A DNA stretch of 64,000 bases from Laetmonice hystrix (Eukaryota). The notes beneath the pieces were generated by a model. That model searched no databases. It worked only from the letters and a program-made list of their open reading frames with translations, and was not told the origin of the DNA. A program made the position numbers and the translations under genes. Positions 49,332 to 60,637 of this stretch are shown piece after piece. The stretch is taken from assembly GCA_965235115.1 (NCBI GenBank), contig OZ249438.1:28892001-28956000 (forward strand), given 5' to 3'. Within the stretch, counting starts at the first letter, position 1. Each line of letters opens with the position of its first letter.

Positions 49332-52300
49332 CTGTCGATAGAAACAGTATACTGTGATCCCAACACTAGCATCAAGGGTGATTACACGGGAGGTGATTAC
49401 ACGGGAGGTGATTACACACGGGAGGTGATTACACGGGAGGTGATTACACGAGAGGTGATTACACACGGGAGGTGATTACACGGGAGGTGATTACACGGGA
49501 GGAGATTACACACGGGAGGAGATTACACACGGGAGGTGATTACACGGGAGGTGATTACACACGGGAGGTGATTACACGGGAGGTGATTACACGAGAGGTG
49601 ATTACACACGGGAGGTGATTACACGGGAGGTGATTACACGAGAGGTGATTACACACGGGAGGTGATTACACGGGAGGTGATTACACGAGAGGTGATTACA
49701 CACGGGAGGTGATTACACGGGAGGTGATTACACGGGAGGAGATTACACGGGAGGTGATTACACGAGAGGTCAGTACAGGGAGGTGATTACACGGGAGGTG
49801 ATTACACGGGAGGTGATTACACGGGAGGTGATTACACACGGGAGGTGATTACACGAGAGGTCAGTACAGGGAGGTCAGTACACGGGAGGTGATTACACGG
49901 GAGGTGATTACACGAGAGGTGATTACACACGGGAGGTGATTACACGAGAGGTCAGTACAGGGAGGTCAGTACACGGGAGGTGATTACACGGGAGGTGATT
50001 ACACGAGAGGTCAGTACAGGGAGGTGATTACACGGGAGGTGATTACACGGGAGGTGATTACACACGGGAGGTGATTACACGAGAGGTCAGTACAGGGAGG
50101 TCAGTACACGGGAGGTGATTACACGGGAGGTGATTACACGGGAGGTGATTACACACGGGAGGTGATTACACGAGAGGTCAGTACAGGGAGGTCAGTACAC
50201 GGGAGGTGATTACACGGGAGGTGATTACACGAGAGGTCAGTACAGGGAGGTGATTACACGGGAGGTGATTACACGGGAGGTGATTACACACGGGAGGTGA
50301 TTACACGGGAGGTGATTACACGGGAGGTGATTACACGGGGGGTGATTACACGGGAGGTGATTACACGGGAGGTGATTACACACGGGAGGTGATTACACGG
50401 AAGGTGATTACACACGGGAGGTGATTACACGGGAGGTGATTACACGGGAGGTCAGTACCTCGGTTACAAGGAGGGAAACATGACTCTGGGAGGGTGTGTC
50501 CAGCAAGCCTCGGTTACAGGGAGGGAACACGGAACCATGGCTCTGGGAGGGTGTGTCCAGCAGGCCTCGGTTACAGGGAGAGAACACGGAAACATGGCTC
50601 TGGGAGGGTGTGTTCAGCAGGCCTCGGTTACAGGGAGGGAACACGGAAACATGGCTCTGGGAGGGTGTGTCCGGCAGGCCTCGGTTACAGGGAGAGAACA
50701 CGGAAACATGGCTCTGGGAGGGTGTGTTCAGCAGGCCTCGGTTACAGGGAGGGAACACGGAAACATGGCTCTGGGAGAGTGTGTCCAGCAGGGCTCGGTT
50801 ACAGGGAGGGAACACGGAAACATGGCTCTGGGAGGGTGTGTCCAGCAGGCCTCGGTTACAGGGAGGGAACACGGAAACATGGTTCTGGGAGAGTGTGTCC
50901 AGCAGGTCTCGGTTACAGGGAGGGAACACGGAACCATGGCTCTGGGAGGGTGTGTCCAGCAGGCCTCGGTTACAGGGAGAGAACACGGAAACATGGCTGT
51001 GGGAGGGTGTGTCCAGCAGGCCTCGGTTACAGGGAGGGAACACGGAACCATGGCTCTGGGAGGGTGTGTCCAGCAGGCCTCGGTTACAGGGAGAGAACAC
51101 GGAAACATGGCTCTGGGAGGGTGTGTCCAGCAGGCCTCGGTTACAGGGAGGGAACACGGAAACATGGCTCTAGGAGGGTGTGTTCAGCAGGCCTCGGTTA
51201 CAGGGAGGGAACACGGAAACATGGCTCTGGGAGGGTGTGTCCGGCAGCCCTCGGTTACAGGGAGGGAACACGGAAACATGGCTCTGGGAGGGTGTGTCCA
51301 TGCATGCAGCAGGTCTCGGTTACAGGGAGGGAACACGGAAACATGGCTCTGGGAGGGTGTGTTCAGCGGACTCGTGTTTTGGAGACCAGTCGAGTCCTAA
51401 AAATTACTCTCAGATATAGTTTTTGTCTTAAACCATCAGCCGCCCCCAGGGAGGACGGGGGAGGGTGGGGAGGCGAGCCGATGGAGAGGGTGTGGCTGGA
51501 ATCCTCGTTAAAGTTATGATCCCGACCGTGTAACAGTCCCGGGTATAGTGAGCGGACTGCGGTGGCGGCGGCGCCCTCTGTAGTCGATGTTTGCAGACAC
51601 AACACGCGTTATCAGAGCGCCACGTGGCGCGGTCGTATCCCACAATAAATACCGATAGCAGAGACAGAGTCAGCAGGCGGGATCACCCACAGTCTCCGCT
51701 AGTATCCTACAATACCGATAGCAGAGACAGAGTCAGCAGGCCGGATCACCCATATATAGTCTCCGCTAGTATCCCACCATACCGATAGCAGAGACAGAGT
51801 CAGCCGGCGGGATCATCCACAGTCTCCGCTATCCCACAATACCGATAGCAGAGACAGAGTCAGCCGGCGGGATCACCCACAGTCTCCGCTATAGTATCCC
51901 ACAATACCGATAGCAGAGACAGAGTCAGCAGGCGGGATCACCCACAGTCTCCGCTAGTATCCCACAATAACCGATAGCAGAGACAGAGTCAGCAGGCGGG
52001 ATCACCCACAGTCTCCGCTAGTATCCCACAATAACCGATAGCAGAGACAGAGTCAGCAGGCGGGATCACCCTCAGTCTCCGCTAGTATCCCACAATACTG
52101 ATAGCAGAGACAGAGTCAGCAGGCGGGACCACCCACAGTCTCCGCTAGTATCCCACAATACCGATAGCAGAGACAGAGTCAGCAGGCCGGATCACCCACA
52201 GTCTCCGCTATAGTATCCTACAATACTGATAGCAGAGACAGAGTCAGCCGGCGGGATCACCCACAGTCTCCGCTAGTATCCCACAATACCGATAGTAGAG

Positions 52301-55300
52301 ACAGAGTCAGCAGGCGGGATCACCCACAGTCTCCGCTAGTATCCCACAATACCGATAGCAGAGACAGAGTCAGCAGGCGGGATCACCCACAGTCTCCGCT
52401 AGTATCCCACCATACCGATAGCAGAGACAGAGTCAGCAGGCGGGATCACCCACAGTCTCCGCTAGTATCCCACAATACAGACAGAGTCAGCAGGCGGGAC
52501 CACCCACAGTCTCCGCTACTCTCTGCTACTAGTACATTCTGTATAATTAACAACTGATATTTAGATAACCAAGCCTATAATGGCTGTGTTGAAACGTTTA
52601 TTCCGAACCCCGATTCTAGAAATAACTATAGCTATAGACTATAGGCCTAGAGCTACTATATTCTCCCCAGGAAGATTTAGAATTAACGATTTCGAAAAAT
52701 CCGCCATGGTTTCATTGATAAAAAGGATTATTCGCACCCTAACATAGATACAACTTTGTGAAAGTTCTGATTTTTTCCAACCAAAAAGCCAGTTGCAATA
52801 CCCGTCTGCACGGCGGACGGTTATTCGCTCTAGGTGTGAATGTGTTTAGAGTTAGGGCTGCGGAGTACTGTGGGTCTCCCAAGAAAAACACAGCGCAGCC
52901 CCCACAGGAGGTTACCAGGCCCCTATCAACTGGCGGGCGTGTCTCCAGAAGCAATAACTACCTCTTATTAGGAAATAAAGGTGTGGCGACCAGCTTCGGC
53001 CAGGCTCGGATGACATTTCTGGTCTGTGCCAATGTCTGCCTCACTTTGGATCAGAATATTGGCTCTTCACCTTTTTACATAGTATCGAGAACCCAAGCAG
53101 TAACCACCGCGCCAGAAATATTACATACAACGTCTGATAACATGCAATGCATGAGGAAGGAAAACTAAATCCTGTATATCATGGAAGATATATCTCAGAG
53201 ATACGTATGAATGGGTCCTATAGAGAACGTATCCTCCTGTTCGGAGAGATAAGATGCACATTTTGAACGGTCCATGCAGTCCCAGCCCAGCCAGCCGGTG
53301 AGACTGGCAGTCCCAGCCCAGCCAGCCGGTGAGACTGACAGTCTCAGCCCAGCCAGCCGGTGAGACTGACAGTCCCAGCCCAGCCAGTCGGTGAGACTAA
53401 CAGTCTCAGCCCAGCCAGCCGGTGAGACTGACAGTCTCAGCCCAGCCAGCCGGTGAGACTGACAGTCCCAGCCCAGCCAGTCGGTGAGACTGACAGTCCC
53501 AGCCCAGCCAGCCGGTGAGACTGACAGTCCCAGCCCAGCCAGCCGGTGAGACTGGCAGTCCCAGCCCAGCCAGTCGGTGAGACTGACAGTCCCAGCCCAG
53601 CCAGTCGGTGAGACTGACAGTCCCAGCCCAGCCAGCCGGTGAGACTGGCAGTCCCAGCCCAGCCAGCCGGTGAGACTAACAGTCTCAGCCCAGCCAGCCG
53701 GTGAGACTGACAGTCTCAGCCCAGCCAGCCGGTGAGACTGACAGTCCCAGCCCAGCCAGTCGGTGAGACTGACAGTCCCAGCCCAGCCAGTCGGTGAGAC
53801 TGACAGTCCCAGCCCAGCCAGCCGGTGAGACTGGCAGTCCCAGCCCAGCCAGCCGGTGAGACTAACAGTCTCAGCCCAGCCAGCCGGTGAGACTGACAGT
53901 CTCAGCCCAGCCAGCCGGTGAGACTGACAGTCCCAGCCCAGCCAGCCGGTGAGACTGACAGTCCCAGCCCAGCCAGCCGGTGAGACTGACAGTCTCAGCC
54001 CAGCCAGCCGGTGAGACTGACAGTCCCAGCCCAGCCAGCCGGTGAGACTGACAGTACGAGCCCAGCCAGCCGGTGAGACTGACAGTCCCAGGCCAGCCAG
54101 TCGGTGAGACTGACAGTCCTAGCCCAGCCAGCCGGTGAGACTGACAGTCCCAGCCCAGCCAGCCGGTGAGACTGACAGTCCCAGCCAAGCCAGCCGGTGA
54201 GACTGACAGTCTCAGCCCAGCCAGCCGGTGAGACTGACAGTCTCAGCCCAGCCAGCCGGTAGACTGACAGTCCCAGCTCAGCCAGCCGGTGAGACTGACA
54301 GTCCCAGCCCAGCCAGTCGGTGAGACTGACAGTCCTAGCCCAGCCAGCCGGTGAGACTGACAAAGACTTGAGGAGTGGGAGGTCTCAGAGACCATCCATT
54401 CTGGCCCGTATCTCAGAACGGTAAATGAGTACATGTGTTTTAGGGAGGCCGGGGTCAGACCTCTTGTAAGGATAGGTTGAGGGAGGGCCGGGGGGGGGGG
54501 TCTGCACCCTCACACTGAACCCAGTGAGAGGTACGGGGACTGACTGATACTCCGCCAAACTCACAGAGCAACCCCTGAACAACACGTATAACAACAATAT
54601 CAGGGTCTTCAAACAACTGCCAGCTTTCTTTACGGCAAGTTTCAGGAAATAAAGTCAATGTATGGATTTGTGGAGATCACTTAAGGTGTGTCCCTGCCGC
54701 TAGTTTCGAAATTATAATTCTGTAAAATAAATATAATGTTGGAAAATGAATAATATTCATTACTGTCCTCTAATTACTTTCTTGTGGAATAAAACAATAT
54801 GGAAATCTCTTCCTCGTGATTTATGTGAAAAAAATACAAATATCACTTTTAAAATATGCCTATAACAAGAGAAGATCGCATTGTTATAACACAATGGTAT
54901 CTAAATACTCTGCCATACATAATCGTTAAATAACAAACCGAATCTGTCACAGGAAACTAAAGTGACGCATAAAGTCACGCTCTGGTGAAAATTTATGAGG
55001 TGTGACGAGCAACATGCCCAATAATGGAACTGCTGATAACTAAATAGTGGCCAATTAGTTCCACATGGAGCTTTTGGTGACACAAAGGAAATAGCAACTA
55101 GAGCGTTACCTGTCGAAGGGCATGCCGGGAATGCCACTGGGATCGATGAACGCTCTGTCTAGACTCATGAAGACATCATTCACCAAGCGTACCGCCAGGG
55201 GGCTGTCGACATGGTACGATAATCAATTAACATTAGGATGGTTGTCATTGGAAGAAAAATCATTATTCATGTCAGAATAACAATTAATGTCCTCTCGAGA

Positions 55301-58300
55301 TTCTGTTCTCTAATCACGACTTTTTAATCATAATGTTAGTTCTGGATATCTTTTCAATAATTCCTGCTCCTTTACTGTTCCTACTTACTCGGATATATTG
55401 ATTCTGGAGACCCGTTGAGAGAATGCTTCTGCTGTTGTCCGGAATGTTGATATTGCACTGCTAATATACTCTGAAAAACCAAATCAGGGTTTCCTGCAGG
55501 CCATTTTTGGGGGAAACTCTCCCCATTATTCAGCTACTCCCCCAAAAAAACATTTCCAAGGGGAAATATTTTGCATTACTCTCCCCCCCCCCCCCAACTC
55601 GCACCATTCCCCCCAAAAGTCGAAAGTCTCCAGGAAACCCTGCAAATGTATAGTTTTCATATGTCCAGACTCATGTTCCGTGTCCGAAAGACGAACACAT
55701 TATAATGCACATTACCGTAATTGCCCTACATGTAGCTGTTAATGTTGCAGGTAGGCTACATAAGATGACGGTGAACTGTAAGATCTAGATCAGACCCACC
55801 CACATACCTAGACCATGGGTTAATCCGCGCGCCTTGAGGATCTGGCCATGATCAGTGTCGAACCGTTTGAACGCCTGCTCCACCACCTCCACGTAATCAA
55901 CGACATTGAACGGAAGTAGGACGTCCTCCGCCAGGCGGCGCGACAGCTCGGCCGTATACTGCGCTATGGCGACGTGATACTGTCAGAACATCATAAGTTT
56001 ATACTTTATCGTTTAGATACTTAGTTGACTGTGGAATCGGGCCCTCAATAATTAATACAAGAATGATGCTCTAATTCTACATTTCTGACTGGACAAATCA
56101 TGAAATATATCTGTGTTAGATGTGGTGTGCTCGAGGTTGATGCTTACCGTAAAGTTACGATCTATGAAGTTTTCTACCATATGGTATGTGTCATACTGGG
56201 TGTGATATAAAGGGTAGAGGGTGCGACCTCTGTGCTGTAAACATATAACATACATTATGATCGGTGTCATTTAATGTGACTCTGCCACTTTTAAAACGTC
56301 GGCCTCTTCACATTTTAGCCTAATTAAATGTCTAGGCCTATAGAAGACACGTGCGTGATTTACACAAATGCATTCTGACGCACCCATCAATAATCTTTCT
56401 TGTTGAAAGAAGAACCAAAATGTTTAATCGAATGGAGGTTAACAATAATGTTGTGGTTCTTGTTGGCAAATCGTTGTTTTTACCTGTTTTGCGATGAAGC
56501 CGACATCGAGAGCGGAAATTCCGAGCATGGATACGAACGGCCCCAAGCCTGAGCTGAGATCCGGAGCGTCCAGTCTGAAGGAGACAGACAATAGATTAAG
56601 GCACGGGATGGCGCAGAAAAAACACAACCCCCTGGGCGGTTTATTTGTGTACTGTTGAAGGAATCATGGAAGCAACGAGAGCAAACAAACTGCGTTTCCG
56701 CCACGCGTCACGTGTTTGCCTGCTGCTGCTATCTGAAGGTGAACAAAAAACCCGCCGCACGCCGCGAGCCAAGCTGGCAATACGACCAGAGGTCTGCGGT
56801 CTGCTCATCGTGTCCTTATAGCCAAACAATTACGGATCTTGGCGCTCAGAATATCGCCCACGTACAAACTAGAGTACTTGGATGGTGAGGTAATCTCAAT
56901 AAGACCAATCATTTCGAAAAAAAGTACAAAAGGAATTTAAGTTTACACAAGTAGAAAGGAACACGCACGCACATTGCCTTTTTCATGGTCGATTTGTCCT
57001 CCTTCAGCGTCAGCCCTCGTTCAATCCACGTATCGTAAAGTCTGGCGCGACCATGAGACCGCTCAGACACGTCCGGATTTAAGACCTGAATCAAAATTCA
57101 GTTTAGAAGTAAGTGGATAATCTCTGTAAAAATGCAATAAAGCAGTAAAAAAAACCTCATGTTCAGTTTTTTCTTTACATAATGTGTTGCTATCTTTAAT
57201 TTGTATAACTATAAGCAATTTAAAGAGGAGAGGGCAAGGTACCTGTTTGGCGACGTTGAACATGAGACGTTGTACCATGGGCATGCCTCGACCCCGTAAG
57301 GTATAGTTTCCTGTCAAAGAACAATCAGTGACAGTGTAATATTGCACATGATTATAGTATTGAGAAACTTTAACCTGTCAAAGAACAATCAGTGACAGTG
57401 TAATATTGCACATGATTATAGTATTGAGAAACTTTAACCTGTCAAAGAACAAGTCAGTGACAGTGTAATATTGCACATGATTATAGTATTGAGAAACTTT
57501 AACCTGTCAAAGAACAAGTCAGTGACAGTGTAATATTGCACATGATTATATAAATAGTATTGGCAAACTTTAACCTGTGAAAAACAATCAGTCACAGTGT
57601 AATATTGCATATGATTACAGTATTGAGAAACTTTAACCGGGTAATATTTATTGCACATGATTATAGTCTTGAGAAACTTTAACCAGGTAATATTTATTGT
57701 ACATGATTATAGTATTGAGAAACTTTAACCGGGTAATATTGCACATGATTATATCTCTGGGAAACTTTAACGGGGTAATATTGCACATGATTATAGTATT
57801 GAGAAACTTTAACCAGGTATCCCTGTCACACTCGAAGAATGAATGTACATGGACGCCTTGTTCAAAACGGCCAAAATGGGGTTGTCGTATATTCATGCAT
57901 GAGAAGGCAAATTACAGAGACTCGCAAACAAAGCTATAACTGCATTGCCGCCACAATGAGGTTAGGATGCAATAGCAATGAACGCGCGATATATTATAAT
58001 GGGGTAACTTGAGGAGGATCGCCCTTCACAGCGAGTTGTGTTTCCATAATGTACACTTTTCTACTTGACCTGCCTAGAATATACGGATCAATGCATTGGA
58101 ATGCCAGCTTTTGTTGTCCAACAGAAGGCTACTACATACACACGTTGGGTTAGTATAGGTTATATAATTTCGTATATAGCTTAGATTTTTAAGGCATGTT
58201 AACTACACAAACCTTGTACTGCCACATCAAGGCTAATAGCGGCCACCGCCCGGTCGACAAGTAGGCGACCATATTGCTGTGGTAAAGAAACCAGAGGAAG

Positions 58301-60637
58301 GAAATATAGAGGAAGGGACATCTAAAATTCTATTTCTCCTACTGTTATAGCATTTTTACAACCTCACAATTAAAAAATATATAGCGCCTATTACTGATCC
58401 CTTACAAAAACCAAATGGTTGATTGGAGGAAACATGAAAATGTCGTCCTGACTAGAGTTACCTCGACCCATTCGGTTGACCCGACTTGTCCGTACACGCC
58501 AGCAGCCCAGCTACAAAACAGTATGCTTCGTCGTGGTCGCCACCCTACGGCCAAGACAGAAGTACGAGATAAATAGATTCTAACAGTCTGGTACATGCCT
58601 AAGTAAATCTTCAGCTGACTGGATATTACACAATCATGTACCCTCCTAGTCAGTTCGCCTTGTTTGCGGAGCTGTAATAATAAAGTCGCATATTGTAGTT
58701 TAACAATAAAGTTATTCACCATTCTTTTTCAAGTTTCCCATAACTCGGGATATCTCCATCATAATAGCCGTTCCGGATCCGGAACTGGCCGCGCCATACG
58801 CCCAGGCATCATGATGGCTACTCAGGACAACGTAACGGTCTGTAAGAGATGGTAACCAAATATTTCATGAACAAAATATACTAGATCTATGCTCTATGAT
58901 ACTCAGATAGATAGTCACGAGGTGACAAACTAGTCGCAGAAGAACTTTAAGCGATCAGAGAATGATGCGATTATTTTAATCGTGCCTTGACACTAACCTG
59001 GTTCTTGGGAACCGTGGATAACTCCAACAACATTGTGAACTGTGGCGTTTTCTGACGTAGTTGAAACCTTTAGCTGAACTTTCCTGTTAAAAGAACACTT
59101 TCTATGTTTAATACCATAAAGTTCTCTTTTTATGAATGAAATATATCTCAAATAAATATGTACACCCACACTCAGACTCATACATACATGCACATATTAA
59201 CTTAGAGAAGTGTGTGCATACAAATATCATGTTATAATCGCACTCACATGTCAGGCTGATGGAAGCCAGGACCAAGTCGATAAGTCACCGGTAGGTGTCC
59301 TTGCCAGTCTTCCGGCGCCTTGGGCCCTACCATTAGTCTAAGAGAGTTGTTCAGTCAGGCGACTCAGTATTCCGTTGAGCACTAAATACTCCATGTACGA
59401 TCAAACAGGACAACTCCAGAGTAGTCTTACTGGATTACCTTTTATCATGCCACGTTTATCTCGTCATGTACAAATCTTGATGACAGCACCGAGAAGTTGC
59501 CACTACCGCAATTCACTAGGTCATGTCTACAGCATTCCCAGCCTAGATTCTTATGCCAGATTTGTAAAAAAAACATATTAAAAAAGGTTTGAGGTTATCG
59601 TTTATTGTGATCCCTAGAATACCATGAGCTGATTCATAGACTTACTGTAGCAGGTGCATAACGTCATCATAGCCGATGGGCAGGACTGGGATGGTTGGCA
59701 GGTCGGTGCTGGCTGGAGGCAGGCGGTAGGCACTCACTGTCCAACACACATTATAATGATATACGGATGGGCAACGGTGTTACATAATAATCACCACACA
59801 ATATAATGATATACGGATGGACAATGGGCATGACAAGGTTTCAAATTCAGTACTTGTTTTGGTGTACGCCTTATATAATTGACCTATAGGATTATATACA
59901 CTGCAGTGTCTCAGTAAAAACTGAGAGGTCCATAACTTGTTCATACTCGTTCGAAAAAGTTCTTCCAGAAAAGATCTATCTCGAGAATTTACAAAAAATA
60001 ATGATAATAAAAAAATAAATAATTATAGTTAATCTGTGATGGTTACCAGTGGATGGATATCCCGGAGTGAGAGGGTCGCCATGATTCATCTTCAGCGTCC
60101 CGCTCTCGGCTACATTTCCCGGCATCCACCACGAGTGAGGATACGTCGACGTACTTCCGGTGACTACATCCGGGTCTGTGAAGAGAATGAGCCCCGCGCC
60201 GCCGAACCTCTCGGTGTTCTCTGCCTGAGGTATTAAACAAGATGTCTAAATCCTCGTCCTCGGCGTGAGAACGGCACTTGATGTCAAGTGGGACACTTCA
60301 CTCAGACATAACTGATGTCCTTACGCTAGCTCCAGGTAGCTGCGCATTGTTCTAAAGTTGATTACGTCACATAAGCCTACTTAAATACCAGTTAAATGAT
60401 AGCTTTGTACGTAACTATTTAAGAGCAAGGTGCCCTCTACGAAAAATAAATGGGGAACAGGGGCACGGCACAGATGTGACTGTAAAAAACAGAAGCCAGG
60501 CGTGCGCTTACCTTGGAGGCCTGCAGGATCTTTCCATATCGAGCGATGCATATTTTGCCTCTGATGTCGATATTTGCCTTGTTGCTCAGCCACAGGAAAT
60601 CTTCGACAGTTGCATAGTTGACGTAGACAAGGCTGCC
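49118..60637 (-). CDS. Glutamate carboxypeptidase II / NAALADase / TfR-family (peptidase M28B) protein, predicted catalytically inactive; 16 exons found, 5' part not located
   Basis: 16 GT-AG exons join in frame: 60512-60637, 60047-60224, 59646-59736, 59248-59337, 58998-59083, 58720-58839, 58462-58544, 58213-58276, 57243-57310, 56973-57085, 56484-56574, 56148-56234, 55808-55979, 55389-55470, 55110-55202, 49118-49331. Family motifs: [69 protein letters not shown]. Confidence 0.95.
49378..50458. repeat. 15-17-bp minisatellite (GATTACACGGGAGGT)
   Basis: About 70 copies in the last M28B intron. Confidence 0.97.
50459..51366. repeat. 57-bp minisatellite, about 16 copies
   Basis: CCTCGGTTACAGGGAGGGAACACGGAAACATGGCTCTGGGAGGGTGTGTCCAGCAGG. 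Confidence 0.96.
51647..52517. repeat. About 63-bp minisatellite, about 14 copies
   Basis: ATACCGATAGCAGAGACAGAGTCAGCAGGCGGGATCACCCACAGTCTCCGCTAGTATCCCACA. Confidence 0.95.
53278..54361. repeat. 31-bp minisatellite, about 35 copies
   Basis: CAGTCCCAGCCCAGCCAGCCGGTGAGACTGA. Confidence 0.97.
55110..55202 (-). CDS. M28B gene exon (TfR-like dimerisation domain): [30 protein letters not shown]
   Basis: gacag acceptor, CAG|gtaacg donor, 93 nt, phase 2-2. Confidence 0.94.
55389..55470 (-). CDS. M28B gene exon: [26 protein letters not shown]
   Basis: tttttcag acceptor, gtaagt donor, 82 nt, phase 1-2. Confidence 0.9.
55485..55642. mobile_element. 158-bp MITE, hAT-like termini, 5-bp TSD
   Basis: 12-bp perfect TIR CAGGGTTTCCTG; CAAAT on both flanks; internal poly-C. 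Confidence 0.85.
55808..55979 (-). CDS. M28B gene exon: [29 protein letters not shown]...RGLTHGL
   Basis: gacag acceptor, gtatgt donor, 172 nt, phase 0-1. Confidence 0.94.
56148..56234 (-). CDS. M28B gene exon: [29 protein letters not shown]
   Basis: tttacag acceptor, gtaagc donor, 87 nt, phase 0-0. Confidence 0.94.
56484..56574 (-). CDS. M28B gene exon: [30 protein letters not shown]
   Basis: ccttcag acceptor, CAG|gtaaaa donor, 91 nt, phase 2-0. Confidence 0.9.
56973..57085 (-). CDS. M28B gene exon: [37 protein letters not shown]
   Basis: ttcag acceptor, gtgcgt donor, 113 nt, phase 0-2. Confidence 0.88.
57243..57310 (-). CDS. M28B gene exon: [23 protein letters not shown]
   Basis: gacag acceptor, CAG|gtacct donor, 68 nt, phase 1-0; GNYTLR identical to GCPII as recalled. 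Confidence 0.92.
57311..57815. repeat. 64-bp tandem repeat containing the splice acceptor, decaying into shorter units
   Basis: CTGTCAAAGAACAATCAGTGACAGTGTAATATTGCACATGATTATAGTATTGAGAAACTTTAAC. Confidence 0.93.
58213..58276 (-). CDS. M28B gene exon: [21 protein letters not shown]
   Basis: cacag acceptor, AAG|gtttgt donor, 64 nt, phase 0-1. Confidence 0.9.
58462..58544 (-). CDS. M28B gene exon: [28 protein letters not shown]
   Basis: cgtag acceptor, GAG|gtaact donor, 83 nt, phase 1-0. Confidence 0.95.
58720..58839 (-). CDS. M28B gene exon: [40 protein letters not shown]
   Basis: tacag acceptor, gtgaat donor, 120 nt, phase 1-1. Confidence 0.93.
58998..59083 (-). CDS. M28B gene exon: [28 protein letters not shown]
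   Basis: aacag acceptor, gttagt donor, 86 nt, phase 2-1. Confidence 0.92.
59248..59337 (-). CDS. M28B gene exon: [29 protein letters not shown]
   Basis: cttag acceptor, gtgagt donor, 90 nt, phase 2-2. Confidence 0.92.
59646..59736 (-). CDS. M28B gene exon: [29 protein letters not shown]
   Basis: gacag acceptor, gtaagt donor, 91 nt, phase 1-2; matches LPSIPVHPIGY of GCPII. Confidence 0.92.
60047..60224 (-). CDS. M28B gene exon: [18 protein letters not shown]...[11 protein letters not shown]
   Basis: ctcag acceptor, gtaacc donor, 178 nt, phase 0-1. Confidence 0.93.
60512..60637 (-). CDS. M28B gene exon (PA domain): [14 protein letters not shown]...[12 protein letters not shown]
   Basis: tgtag acceptor, AAG|gtaagc donor, 126 nt, phase 0-0. 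Confidence 0.93.

Noticed and set aside
50408-51519. Five overlapping ORFs on both strands
   Set aside because: 57-bp array inside an intron of the M28B gene.
51430-51581. Exon-like unique island in the last M28B intron (…RSLYPGL…)
   Set aside because: Open only in phase 1, whereas phase 2 is needed and hits a stop; weak donor; the true HVLFSP exon is at 49331.
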